A stretch of 64,000 nucleotides of DNA from Vicugna vicugna (Eukaryota). The stretch is from assembly GCA_013265495.1 (NCBI GenBank), contig MU058463.1, forward strand, positions 248,001 to 312,000, in the 5' to 3' direction. This document shows positions 39,481-51,884 of the stretch, in pieces. Position numbers and translations under genes: made by a program. The notes beneath the pieces were generated by a model, which worked only from the letters and a program-made list of their open reading frames with translations, had not been told where the DNA came from and did no database searches. Position 1 is the first letter of the stretch. Each line of letters opens with the position of its first letter.

Positions 39481-39989
39481 TCCATTACAACTTCATGGAA
39501 CTATGTATTACTTCTCAGTAGTAATACAATCAAATGATTGAACCCATAGTGATACAAATTGTTTAGTTTGAATACTTTAAACAAATAGAAAACAGTTGGT
39601 AATTTACCTATGCATCTCCTGGCTTTCTTTTCTAGCATACCATAAGCCTAACTAAAATGGAATTTGGCTAGCCATCACTGATGTTAACTCTACTTACTTC
39701 TCTATAAAATACCAATGACACACAAAAATATGTGAAATTAAACAATTCTGCAATTGTGAGGGTTCACAATGTCAAAATCTTTGATGAATTTCCACATCCT
39801 ATGTGTTCTATATATTGCTATTGAGAAATATTAGTAGCCTGCCTTTACTTGGATAGCTGAAAGAAAAAATTGTTTTATATAAATAACAGCTGAAAAAATA
39901 TTGTTTTTCTTTTGTTGACTCCTGATGTAAAAGAGTATCTGTACTATTAGAAATTCCTTTTTGTCCTAGGCAGTTTCTAAAACAATTTC

Positions 39990-40486
39990 CAGTGATTTCT
40001 AACTACTGGCATTCACAATTTTATATACTCAAGTGGACAAGAGTCCACTTGAGTATAGACTGGATTTAATGACTTGCTTCTAATGAACATGATATGATAT
40101 ATGAAGTAATGGATGTTACTACCAACATTAGGTTATACAAGGCTGCAGTTTTGTCTTGATTGTGCTCACTCTCTCCGCCTCTCTTGGATTACTCACCCTT
40201 AGGGGTACCAGCTGCCACATTTTGAAGTAGTGCTATGGAGCAGACCACATGGCAAGGGCCCAAGGCCTGCCAAAGACTGTGGGAATGACCTTGGATGTAT
40301 ATTCCTTTCCAATCAAACCTTCAGATAAACCTGTAGCTGCAGCTGACAGCTTGAATTCTGCTACTTGGTAGTCCTTGAGTCAGAGACATGCAACCAAGTC
40401 ACTTCTGTATTCCTGACCCACGGAAACTGTGAGGTAGTAAATATTCATTTTTAAAAGCCACTGTGCATCAATATATAACAAATACA
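39990..40486 (+). mobile_element. MLT1F-like MaLR LTR
   Basis: 'ccagctgccac', 'ccacatggcaagg', 'aaaccttcagat', 'attcctgacccacggaaactgtgag'; ends 'acaaataca'. Confidence 0.75.
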
Positions 40487-40755
40487 GATTTTATTACCAT
40501 AAATCAGGATTCTGCCTAAAATATGGGAGTGGCTTTGGGACGAGGCATTGAGTAGGGGCTGGGAAAAGTTTAAGAGGAGAAGCAGTAGTGAAAGCCTATA
40601 TTCTCTTGCATAGATTTGTCAGTGGAATTGTGGACTTTAGGACAGTGCCTACTTGAGAGTATACTTAAAAGTGAGGAAACTCATTTTCAACAGGATTATG
40701 GAGAAATGCTTATCATATGGTGGCATAAAGTTTAGCAATACTGCTACCTGAATTA
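40487..40755 (+). mobile_element. MaLR internal 5' fragment
   Basis: Follows the LTR: 'aaaatatgggagtggctttgggac', 'atatggtggcataaagtttagcaatactg'. Confidence 0.65.
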
Positions 40756-41029
40756 TATGCACACATATAAACACATAAATTTATGTGCATACATACACTT
40801 TTATATAAATGTGTATCTACATATACATATGTAAATTCATACATATATGTGATATAAACATAAATGCACAAGTACATATAAACATAATGTAAATATACAT
40901 GTATATTACTAATGCCTAATATAATTGATGTCAGAGAACAATGAAAATAATTTGATTTCTCACCTTCTTTTCCTTGCTTCAGTTTGCTTATTCTTTTATC
41001 TCTAAAACTACTTTTCATAGGGTAACTAA

Positions 41030-41440
41030 TGCCTTATACACTATTAAATTCAAGTGACATATTTAATTCTTATCTTTTTGACATTTTTAGTAAAACTTGT
41101 ATTTGATGGCTGCTCTAACCTTCCTTAAAACACTCCATGTTTTTAACTGCTAGGCCATCAAAATATAATCTATTTTTTATTATCTGATTGGACACTTTTC
41201 TCTTTATATATGGATTCCTAAATATTGAAAATTCTGGCCTTCACTCTCTAATCTTTAATTAGGCAATATCCTCTGCTCTCATGGCATTAAATATCTTCTA
41301 CATGTTGATGCTTTTCTAATTTATTTCCAACTCATACCTCCACTCTGACATTTGCACTCAGTCATCAAACTACAAGATAAATATCCATATCTCAAATTTA
41401 AAATGTCCAAATCTAAACTATTGACTTTTTCCCTTGACAA
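41030..41440 (+). mobile_element. L2 relic
   Basis: 'ctctcatggcattaaatatcttctacatgttgatg', 'atctcaaatttaaaatgtccaaatctaaact'. Confidence 0.65.
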
Positions 41441-41444
41441 GTCA

Positions 41445-41810
41445 GTGTAGATTAGATTATGCTATTATATAGGGGAAAACATCATAAAATCCCAGTAGCT
41501 TACAATGACAAAATTTGATTTCTTTCTCATGCTAGTTGTACTTTCAAGGTCAGCAGGCACTATGGTAAATAATAGTCACTTCAGAACCTAGGTGTACAGA
41601 GCAGCCACAATCTTAAACTTGACTAATAGCTATTCCAGTGATAAAAGAGAGCTCTAGAGTGTTTCTAGTCAGCAATTACCTGGCCCAAAATATCACCTCT
41701 ACTGTCTTCAACCAACCACAAGGGAATTAGAAAATACAATACAATTTTATCTTCTATGTGGAAGCAAAAGACCCAAAAATATTTGGCAAAAGAACTAATT
41801 GCTTCCTGCA
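41445..41810 (-). mobile_element. Old MaLR LTR (MLT1K/L-like) inserted in L2
   Basis: 'aaaatcccagtagcttacaatgacaaaatttgatttctttctcatg', 'gtcacttcagaacctagg...agagcagccac'. Confidence 0.55.
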
Positions 41811-42299
41811 TTCCAAAAATAATTCTCCAGACTTACCATCTTAACAAACTACCAATTTAGTCCACCACTAGAGTGGAGGAATTCTTGTGAGAACCCCAAT
41901 GCTGAAACTAGGGTTGTAATACACGCCTTGGTGAGAAACTGGAGAAGAAAGTCAAAGAACTTTCCCTTCTACTACTACTCATAAATGATATTAACAAGCC
42001 TTGAGTGAAAATAGCAGGAACTACAGTAGGAAATGCACAAGAGACTGATTTCTCATTAGAAGGACACACAAAAGGAAGACACAAAGCCAAATGGGAGATG
42101 AAAACAAGGTTTTACTATAGGAATTTGAATTCTCTGGGACCAATCCCAACAATAAACTTCACCTCTGGTAACTACAGCAACAATAAAATTTAAGCACATC
42201 CAACCTCCTGAAGAGATTAACAAAAATCCCAACAATAAAAGCCAAGAAAGGAGAAAGCTTTTGTCTTTCTCTTTGCTTTCCATATATTGGCCTCTGTTT

Positions 42300-44045
42300 C
42301 TCCTATCTTATAAAACATTCCCAGCTTTCAAAAAATAGTTACACAGTAAAATTTGACGCTTATCATGAGGCAAAACAAAAAATGGAGTCTAAAGGCAGAA
42401 CATAATAATCAGAACCAGAATAAAAAATTATTGTATGCTAGAATTATCAGAAAAGGAATTTAAAATGACAATAAATAATATATTAAAGGCTCTAATGGGA
42501 AAAAAATGACATAAGATCAGGTGAATATCAGCAGAGAATGGAAACTTTAAGAAAGAATCACATGGAATGGTACAAATCAGAATCAAATTAACATGAAAGA
42601 AAAATGTGTTTTCTTAGTCCATTAGTAGACTTGACATAGCCAAGGAAAAATCAGTGAATTTGATTACACACAAGATGTACTCATTCTAAAACATAAAGAA
42701 AACAAAAGACTGAAAAGAAATCCAACAACATAAAAACTGAAGCGCACACTCAGCTCTGGGAAACATCGAACATTTGTAGCATTCATGTAATCAAAATTCA
42801 AGAAAGACAAGGTAGAGACAATGGTGCAGAAGCCACATGTGTGAAGAAATAATGATTGATAGCTTCCAAGTATTCATGGGAGAAACAAAACCACAAATCT
42901 AAGAAAGCTCAAAAGACACAAAATAAGATAAAGTCCAACACACACACACACACACATGCACACATACACACACACACCATGGGCATTATCATATCCAAAC
43001 TGCTGAGATCACAGGTAAAGAAGAAAATCTTGAGGACAACAAAAGGATAAAAAGCATCTCATCTATGGAGAAATTAATCTTAGAATTAGGTCAACTCCTC
43101 ATCATAAACCATATAAGCCAGAACACTGTAAAGTGACACTTTTAAACTGTTAAAAGAAGAAACTGTGTCAACCTAGAATTCCGTTTCCAGTGAAAACATC
43201 CTTCAAAGTAAAGGAAAAATAAAGACTTTCTCAGAAGAAAAACAAAACAAAACAAAACAATAAACTGGGGAATAAAATGCCAGCATATCTACTCTGCAAA
43301 AGTTAAAAAGTTCCTTAGGCAAAAGGAATATGTTAAGAGGTCAGAAACTGAAATCTAAATAAATAAATAAATAAATAACATTGCAAGTGGAATAAATGAA
43401 GGGTAGATTTTTCTTACTGTATTTACTGTGGAAGAAAACTATATATTTAAAGCAGCAGTATTAAACATGTACTGGATATTTATAGTGCACGTAAAAGCAA
43501 AAATGGAGATTAGAGAGGAAGAGAGAATGTACTGTTACAAGGATCTTACATGTGAAGTAGAAAAAAAAATCTGAATTTATACTTGATTATTTTATATTCA
43601 GTATTATGAAATATATTTTTTTAAAGGCTTTAAAAGGACATTATGATAAATAAATAGAAAAAATCATGTGGAATCCTGAAAGTTTCAATTAAAAAGAGAA
43701 AAGCCAGAATAGGCAGAAAAATTTAACAAAACAAGTAAAAGGAATAGAAAACAGATATCAAGATGGTAAACTATAATCTAACCATACCTATAATCACTTT
43801 TAAAGTGAGCAATCTAAACACATCATTTAAAAGACAATAATTGTCCCATCGGATAAAAATGCAGAACCTGACTAAAAGAAACCCACTTAAATAGCAGACC
43901 TGAGATGAGTTTACCATAAGTATACGAAAAAAAGGTATGCCATGCACTCTCTAACCAGAAGAAAGCTGGACAGGCTATAACTAATTTGAGACAAGATAGA
44001 TTTCAGAACAAGGAATATTATTACTGGAGTTAAGTGACATATATT
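42300..44045 (+). mobile_element. Old L1M ORF1, inter-ORF region and start of ORF2 (degenerate)
   Basis: 'gaattatcagaaaaggaatttaaaat', 'ggcattatcatatccaaactgctga', 'caacctagaattccgtttccagtgaaaacatccttcaaa', 'gaagaaagctgga...gacaagatagatttc'. Confidence 0.8.
42938..42976. repeat. Imperfect (CA)n microsatellite
   Basis: Read directly from the sequence. Confidence 0.95.
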
Positions 44046-46369
44046 ATATATACTTATTTATAAATATATATGGCAATTAGAATTCAAGGCAGTTCACCCC
44101 AAACCATTAGGTATTATGTATTATGAGAGAGAATTCTCCTTGGGTCTCACTCCTTTCTGCATACTTTCTAAGCAAAGGCATTGATAAAATCTGAGCCCTT
44201 TGATTGTTCTTGCCATACATGCATGCATTGGTCAAAATACAATACACTTTATTACATGCAAATATTACAATGAAAACAGAAACTTGAGCTTAACAGAATT
44301 ACATGCAGGATGCAGTATATAGTGAAAATGTACTACATATGCAATTTACTTTTAAAAGCATCAAATAGTTATATGATGGAGAGATGGGAGGAAGAAGACA
44401 TGCACAAATAAGTACTATAACAAGTACAGTATTGTCATAATAGTAGAATCTACATGGTTATAAAGTAGTATCCACTTTAAAATTCTTTTCACTTTGGTCT
44501 CTATTTGAAAATTTTCATAATAAAGTGAAAGAATTAAAAGGTTATCGATTCTAATATATTGCTAAAGTTGATTAAAGATTTAGGACAATAATTCCCTATT
44601 TCTCAGAAGTATTTAGAATGTGAATATGCTTTGGATAATTTATTCCAGATTTTGGAATATTTATTATGGTAAGTAATTTAAAATATAATTGTGTTAATAA
44701 AAATCAGAATTTATTACAATTTTGACTTTACTTATAAATGGATCATAGAAATATAGCAAGAATTCTGGTTTTCACAGCTGTAATGCTTCCCCTGTGTGAG
44801 GGAGCAGGGAATGGAGACTACATTTGAGTTGGTTAAAAACATAATAGCTGAGATGGCTGTATGACTAATCACCATGGAACACAATGGAACTTATTTTCTC
44901 TGAGATTTAATTCTGATCTCAAATTTAATTTATTCCCAAGATTTTATTATTAAACTGATTTAATTAATAGTGAATCTGAGGGTGGAAATGTACTTTAAGT
45001 GTTAATTTTATTTAATTTATGGTTAAATTTGTTTAAGAAAATATTGTATTGCTTTTTGGGAGACAATCAAGGGTGAAAACGGAATTAAAATGATTACGTT
45101 AGTTGGGAGGAGAGATCATCTAGACATGCCTACACAGTAATAGTCCAGCTGAAATATTCCAGATAGTGCTTACCAAATATCTTGATATGTTCTTCATGGT
45201 TCTATTTAGCTCACAAAAAGGAGTGAAAAATATTCTTAAATGCTCCTCATAACAACCTGCAGACTTACTTCCTTGTGAGGAAAATTATTTTTATTGAATC
45301 TGATTTGGACACTGTTTATTTCTGAATGTCAAACTGCTTTTTGCATTTTAGTCCTATGAATACAATTTCATATATTCCTTCTTTCAGTGTACTGATCGGC
45401 TAGGGTTATTTAACTTCCCTTCTCTTGCACCAGTGTCCAGCAGTGCCAGATTGCCTCTCTAGCACTAAAAGAATCTTACTTTCCATCTAATATACTAAAT
45501 AGCCAAACCAGTTTAAGATGTATAGAGGCTCTGAATACCAACAAACATACTTGCTTTTAAATTTATAGCTCTCTGAGGCTATTTTTCCATTGCTAATAGG
45601 ATAGATCTTCTTATCTCCAGAGTTATTCATTCTATATGAGCGGTGCTTTCAAGGTGAATTGATTTCAGCCTGTGAAAACAAATACATTGCTCCAAGACAT
45701 GCTTTATTAATGCTGCCTCGTGTGCTGCCACAGTCTTAAGAGCCTGGTTATAAATAAAATGACACGTGATGAGTGAAAACACTTCTACACCATTAAATTG
45801 GCCCAACCAGAAGACATATCATATCCAAGAAATTTTAAAGACTAAAATATTTAAAGTTTTTGTAAATGTTTAAGGTTGAAATCTAATTGTATAAGCCTAA
45901 TGATTTTTTTTCAAGCTAATTAGTATAACATACAACAAATACAGGCGATGCTCTATTCATGCTGTTGAACAGTCTCAAGAAAATTACTCAGATAACGGGT
46001 TTCTATAGCAATTAAAATCAATAATGAAACAGCAGAAGCCCAATTACTTATCGGGTGATACAAACAAATACACACATTAATATCAATTTCAAACAATTTT
46101 TTAATAACATTTGAAATCAAATGTGTCATTTTGAGAAATGAAAACTGTCTTTACCAATAAAATATTTATTAACAAAATATTTTAAGGATAGAATTTGGGG
46201 AAACAGGTACTTCGAATTGATTCTCATCAATTCTTAGGGGGAACATGAAATTGACATTTAAAAGAACATATCTACACAACTACTTCTCAAGTCACACTAC
46301 TGACATAGCACACAATGCATATGATACATTCTCATTTAGACATTCTTTCTTATGGAGAAATATCAAATA

Positions 46370-46500
46370 TTAGGAACCAAAAAAGGAAACTGCCTTGTTT
46401 AAAGTGATCTATAAAAGATGTTACAAACAAACCTAAGCAAACAAATTTGAAAATTTAGATAAATGGGTATTTTCTTAGAAAAATATAATTTGATGATAAA
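46370..46500 (+). mobile_element. Old L1 ORF2 scrap
   Basis: 'aacaaatttgaaaatttagataaatgggtattttcttagaaaaatataattt' (NKFENLD.M..FLEKY). Confidence 0.55.
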
Positions 46501-46849
46501 AGCAGAAAAATATTATATACATGTATTTGGAACTCTTTTGTATCCTTAGCCTACTCATAAAGGCACATTTCACTTTTCATGAAGCCTTCTTTTTCTCTAT
46601 TTTTAAAACTTTAGTCAACACGAAAGTTTCAAAGAAAAAAAAATTTCTCAGCTTTCAATTTTTCTGGCATCAATTAAATGTCAGTCCTCCCTGTTCCCCA
46701 AACAAAAGGACATATGTCATGTACCATGCATTTTTCCTTAAAAATCATAGTTCTTGACCCACAGGAGTAATGTGCTTTATAGCACTCTGACAATTATCCC
46801 CAAAGAAATTCTCTGGTGACTCCTTCAAACTCAACATTTTTATTCTCTT

Positions 46850-47590
46850 CACGTGGATTTTAAACTAAGGTTCAAGTGGTAGATAGAGATAGGCACCATT
46901 CATAAAATGTGTATTTGTCCTTCTGCATTTCCCCTCGCCTTGAAATTATTTGGCCATACAACTAATTGGGCTCATAAAACTCTGAGCAAAAGTATGCGAG
47001 TGTATAATTTCCTGCAAATAAATTTTACAGCTTATTTGAAAAACAATAGCCAGTCTGTTCAGTTGTCATAGTGACAGTGAAGAAATCAGTTTCTATGTGA
47101 TACAGCTACACAATCCCAGAGCCTCTATCAACCAGAGTACTTAAGCAACTCTGTAGGTAAAGGCTGCTGAATTACATAATACATAAGAGATGAGTTAAAG
47201 ATAAATTCTGGTGTAATAAATCACTGAGAGTTTACCCCTGAATTCTTTATTTCATCCTAAATAATGCAGAATATGGTATCATTATTGGAATGCTTTGGTA
47301 AGAAATATTTAAAATATGTTGTATCAGCCTTACACTCAGATCATACGTGAGGAAAAAAAAATGAATACCTTAAGCTGGAAAGTAGAATTTTAATCTTACA
47401 CGTTGGCAAAACTTTTAGTAAAACAATCATTTGTAATAATTTGGGAGGCAGACCACACACATACTGAGCAATTCTAGGAGAAAAGGTTATTAGTCACTAT
47501 TAATTTATACTGGTTGTGTTTAGCAAAGTTCTATAAAAATATGATGGAAAAAAACTGCAGGTTTCCAAGCAAATATGAAAGAGAAGAATT
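46850..47590 (+). mobile_element. Old MaLR LTR plus internal fragment (MLT1I/J-like)
   Basis: 'ataaattctggtgtaataaatcactgaga'; internal 'ttggcaaaacttttagtaaaac...atttgggaggcagacc'. Confidence 0.45.
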
Positions 47591-50500
47591 TGGAAATTAG
47601 GTAACTTGGAGAATTGTATAAGCTGATTGCTGCTAAAATCCAAACAGTAAGTATGCTGAGTGATGCTTATCTAATTCTTCTCTTATTTTCTTATCAATTC
47701 TTTTACATATTTCTTTTGCACACCCCAAACTCCATACAGGAAAAATAATATTGTGAAGGTGACTAAAAATCTTCCCTTGTGATAGAAAAAGCTAGTGGAT
47801 CTATGCTATGATTTCATGTCCAATGAGAGAGGGTAAAATGGCAGTGAACAGCAATAATGGGAATTTTCTTTATTTAAACTTTTACTAAATGATTTCATAT
47901 TTCTGGAATCATCATAAATGTTATGCAAAAAATGTTGAATAAGTCATATCATTCAGCATGATATAAAATATGTATATGTATATATACATGCTTTAATTTA
48001 AATTTTTAAAGCCTTATTTAGCAAAGTATAGGCATTATTTCATTTCATATTAATAGTATTTGTTGATATTCCATTATTAGGCATTTTTTCCCAAAAGTAT
48101 TTATCTCTTCCAGTGATACAGTTCATATTTACGTGGAAACTACACAACAAAACTGAACTGTCATTTCATCTTTTTACTGATTTTGTTCTTTAAGTTAAAA
48201 TACTAGAAACTTTCTATAACTATCATTACTAGATATTTTAAAGCAACTTCTAATTCTTTCTGATATTTGGCATATTACATGCTAAAACAATTCAAATCCT
48301 AATGGAAAAGCAAAACTAGTTTTCTTTATAAATTACATAAAACAACAACTTTCTGCATTATGAGTAGCCTTGCATAAAACAAATGCAATACTTAGGAATT
48401 TAATTGACTTTTAAATTAACATGTTTAAACTAAGTCTTTAACATGAAGCAATATTGTATAGGTATTTGTTGCTGCTCTCATTATGAAAAGATGCAAAATA
48501 CTGCTTGTACTGCACAGTTGTTTCAAAAAAACAAGAGGTAGCTAAGCAGTAATTTTTTTTAAGTAGTATACTGAAGCTGGGTGAAGAAAGCAGTTGTTTT
48601 CTACATTTTTATTGTTATATTGTATACAATTATGCTTACTGCTGACTTGGTTTTCAGTTTTAATATTCATTAAATTTTAATGAATTTGACCTTCTTACAT
48701 AGAGTGTAAGAGAATTGATAAGTTTATTCTTAATTTAGTATTGACAATTAATAAAATTGATTATTATCAATTTAGTATTGACAATTAATAAAATGAAATG
48801 ATAGCCAATTGGTGTTTTTAGGAAAATATTTTCATTTGTCATACTGTACATTTATATATTTTGAAATACAATTTAAAATAGCTATATTATACAAGTTGAA
48901 ACTTCAAAATTTTCCATCAATTATAGAATGTGATATATATTTTTAGTATGTAATTTGAAATTTCTCATTTTAAAAATTGGCACCTCTATAATCAAATAGA
49001 TAGGTAGGAAGAAGAGATAGCTATACAGAATGATGATAGATTAGATAGATAGGCTTTTTAAGAAACATATTCTTTAGAATTTCTGAAAGCACTGTTTCCA
49101 CATTGATGGTGGTAATGCATGTTTGTATGTGTAGGTATTTAAGAGAGGGTATGTTGTTATTAAAATCTAAATATTTCCAAAGTTACTAATTATCCCTTCC
49201 TCACAATTCCTATCCTACTCCTCAAAGACAGTATTTTTTAAAAGTTTCTAATGGAACATTCTAGAAAATATTGCTAATGTTCTTCTACCTTCTATTCTGT
49301 ACTTTAGTTGTAGCTTACTAATTGAGACCACAGATTTTTCATAGTCTACATATCAATCTACCCATGTCTTTTTCAACACCATTCTATTTATGACACACTA
49401 TTCCATTCCTTCTTAGAAACTATTTAGTTTGTGTTTTTAACACAAAAATGAACATTTACATATATTTCAGGATACTATCCATCAATATAAGGGCTATATC
49501 AAATTGTCCATTTTAATTTTGAAAGTTATTATAAGAATTCATACCAAATACATTATAACAACTTATTTAACCACCAATACCATATTTACGTGTCCTTAAC
49601 TTTACACATAATATTGAATATTTTGAAATCTAACATTTCACCCAACTCATATATACATTTCATTTAATATATGTTATTATAGCCTTTAACTATCAGGGAT
49701 GTTGAAGTAATTATCATTCAATTGCCAAATCTGTCTTTTTTATAGCTGCTTGTTCATGTATTGTGTGTAATATTTTATTTAAAAATAGATGATCACATAT
49801 ATATATACCACTACACTTGATTTATTTGTTTTAGTATCTGTGGGATATTATCCAAATTATTTAATATCTCATAGCCTTATTTTATTTGTCATATGGCAAT
49901 AATAAAATTATCTGCATCACAGAGAAATTGATATAATGACATATTTTACATAATCATGTATATGTATATCATATACAAATACACACACACACATATATAT
50001 ACATATATACTCAAAAATTTAAAAAGCTTTTATTTTTCTTCAAATAAGATGCATAAAAGACCAAACAGCACATAAAGGCACATTTTCCACTTTCACATAG
50101 TCTATGGGTCCACAGTGAAGACAAGTAGCTTTCAATGCCATTTTTAGTACTTTATATGTACTCTAACACATAGGCTGCAATATCACTTGTCCCATTTTGC
50201 ATTTATTCCAGCTATTTGTAGCAGTATCAATTAGAGACTGAAGAGTTTTTGAGGACTCACTAATAGAGACTCTTAGGTGAAAAAGTCATGGACAGAAAAA
50301 AAAAAAAAAAGAAAGAAAGATGATAATGACTAAACATATATCAATAAGGGTTACTCTCTGGTGGGGTACAGGTATGTATTTCAAGTTTTATAAAGCACAA
50401 ACAAAACAGCCCAGACAGATACAGCTAAAAGCTGTAGAAAAGCCTGGAGCTTTCAAGAGCAGATGAACTTTTCAATCCTAAAATGACATGAGTTAAAATT

Positions 50501-51339
50501 AATCACCTAGTGAGCATCAAGAAAAAGTAACAATTTAGAGTTGTAAAACTACATTAGCTATCTGTAATGAGAAAAAGTGCACTTTTATGTGAAGAAGAAG
50601 AAAAAAGTCTTGTCAGTTTTTGCTTCTAGACCTTGAGCTAAATCCAAATCCAGATTGAACCTGTAGAAAAATTTGATTATATGAAGGCTTCTAAGAATGG
50701 TGTTATGTGTAAGACTAACAAAGGGTTTACCACAGTAACTAAGTAAAACTAAATACTACTAATGATCATGAACATCATAGTTAACTGAGTGTTCACTGTG
50801 TGTTAAGCTCTGTTTGTGTGTGTATATATTATATATATACAATATATATAATGTTAGACAAACTGTATGAAGTATTAGAAATGGCACTGAAAGGTACTTG
50901 CCTTCACTGTGTACCCATAAACTGCATGAAAGTGGAAAATTTGTCTTTATATGAATTTTGGTCTTTTACATGTCTTATTTGAATAGAATTAGATTATAAA
51001 TTCTTTAACATTTTGACCATAATTTACTTCCTTAGGCAGCTAGTGCATGGTCTGAGACACATATGCTGATATACCCACCTACGTGAATTTTAACTTTATT
51101 ATTTTTTCAGAGGGGAGCATTGTTTACTTTTCACAAAGACAAATCTAGAGATTTATTCCACTGTGGTGGCTTTAATATAAGTTAAATATGACTTTTCTGA
51201 ATATCAAAATGTCAACAATGATTTTTTTCAAGATGTTTATGATCTCGTGTATTTTAAGCTTGTTAATCAAATTTGTACTTATAACTAAATTCTCTCCCAT
51301 CTAAGTTCCCATGACCACATCTTTGAAGCTGATGGGTCA

Positions 51340-51543
51340 ACTGACCAATCCTGATTTTTGAAAGTTCACTTTACGCCACTTCGCTCTTATGAAAGACCTA
51401 CATTATTACCTGTTTTTGCTAACCAAAAGAAATAAATCTAAAGCGGATTCTTGCTTTTACAAATACAAGCTTCTTTGCTTTATGCTGTTTTGGCTTACAA
51501 AAAATTTCATAGGGACACTAGTTTAAGATAGTGTGGAAACCTG
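51340..51543. mobile_element. TcMar-Tigger-like MITE, internally deleted
   Basis: 'gaaagttcactttacgccacttcgctcttatgaaagacctacatta' and terminus 'gatagtgtggaaacctg'. Confidence 0.5.
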
Positions 51544-51559
51544 GACGACGAGATTAACT

Positions 51560-51850
51560 CCAGCGTAACAGAGAGAGTGGCTCTACCGATCAACTACAAG
51601 TGAACTGGTGAAAATTATTTTTAAAAAAAGCAGAAACAAAAAAAAGCCTTTTAAAGGCTCTGGAAATAGTTTTAAGGGTGAACAGCAAATGAAGAAATCT
51701 CTATCCAAGAACAGCTAAGGAAAATCAACAAGAAAGATGAAAAACTATGGTATCTGCTTCCCAGGCAAAGCCTTTGCAATTACGTATGGTCAGACCTAAA
51801 AGATCACCCCTCAGCTAGCAGAGAGGTTTTAATCAAGAGTAGGTGCTGAG
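51560..51850 (+). mobile_element. Old L1MC-like 5'-end fragment
   Basis: 'tttaaaggctctggaaatagttttaagggtgaacagcaaatgaagaaa'. Confidence 0.5.
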
Positions 51851-51884
51851 TATTACATCATGTTTTCTTTTCCTTATTTTGCTG

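Noticed and set aside
40713..41018. 101-aa minus-strand ORF rich in Y/V/M/C
   Set aside because: Translation of degenerate (TA/CA)n sequence
48732..48794. Repeat-spacer-repeat pattern (also 7890-7944) as a CRISPR-like array
   Set aside because: Only two units, very short spacers, mammalian context, and no cas genes
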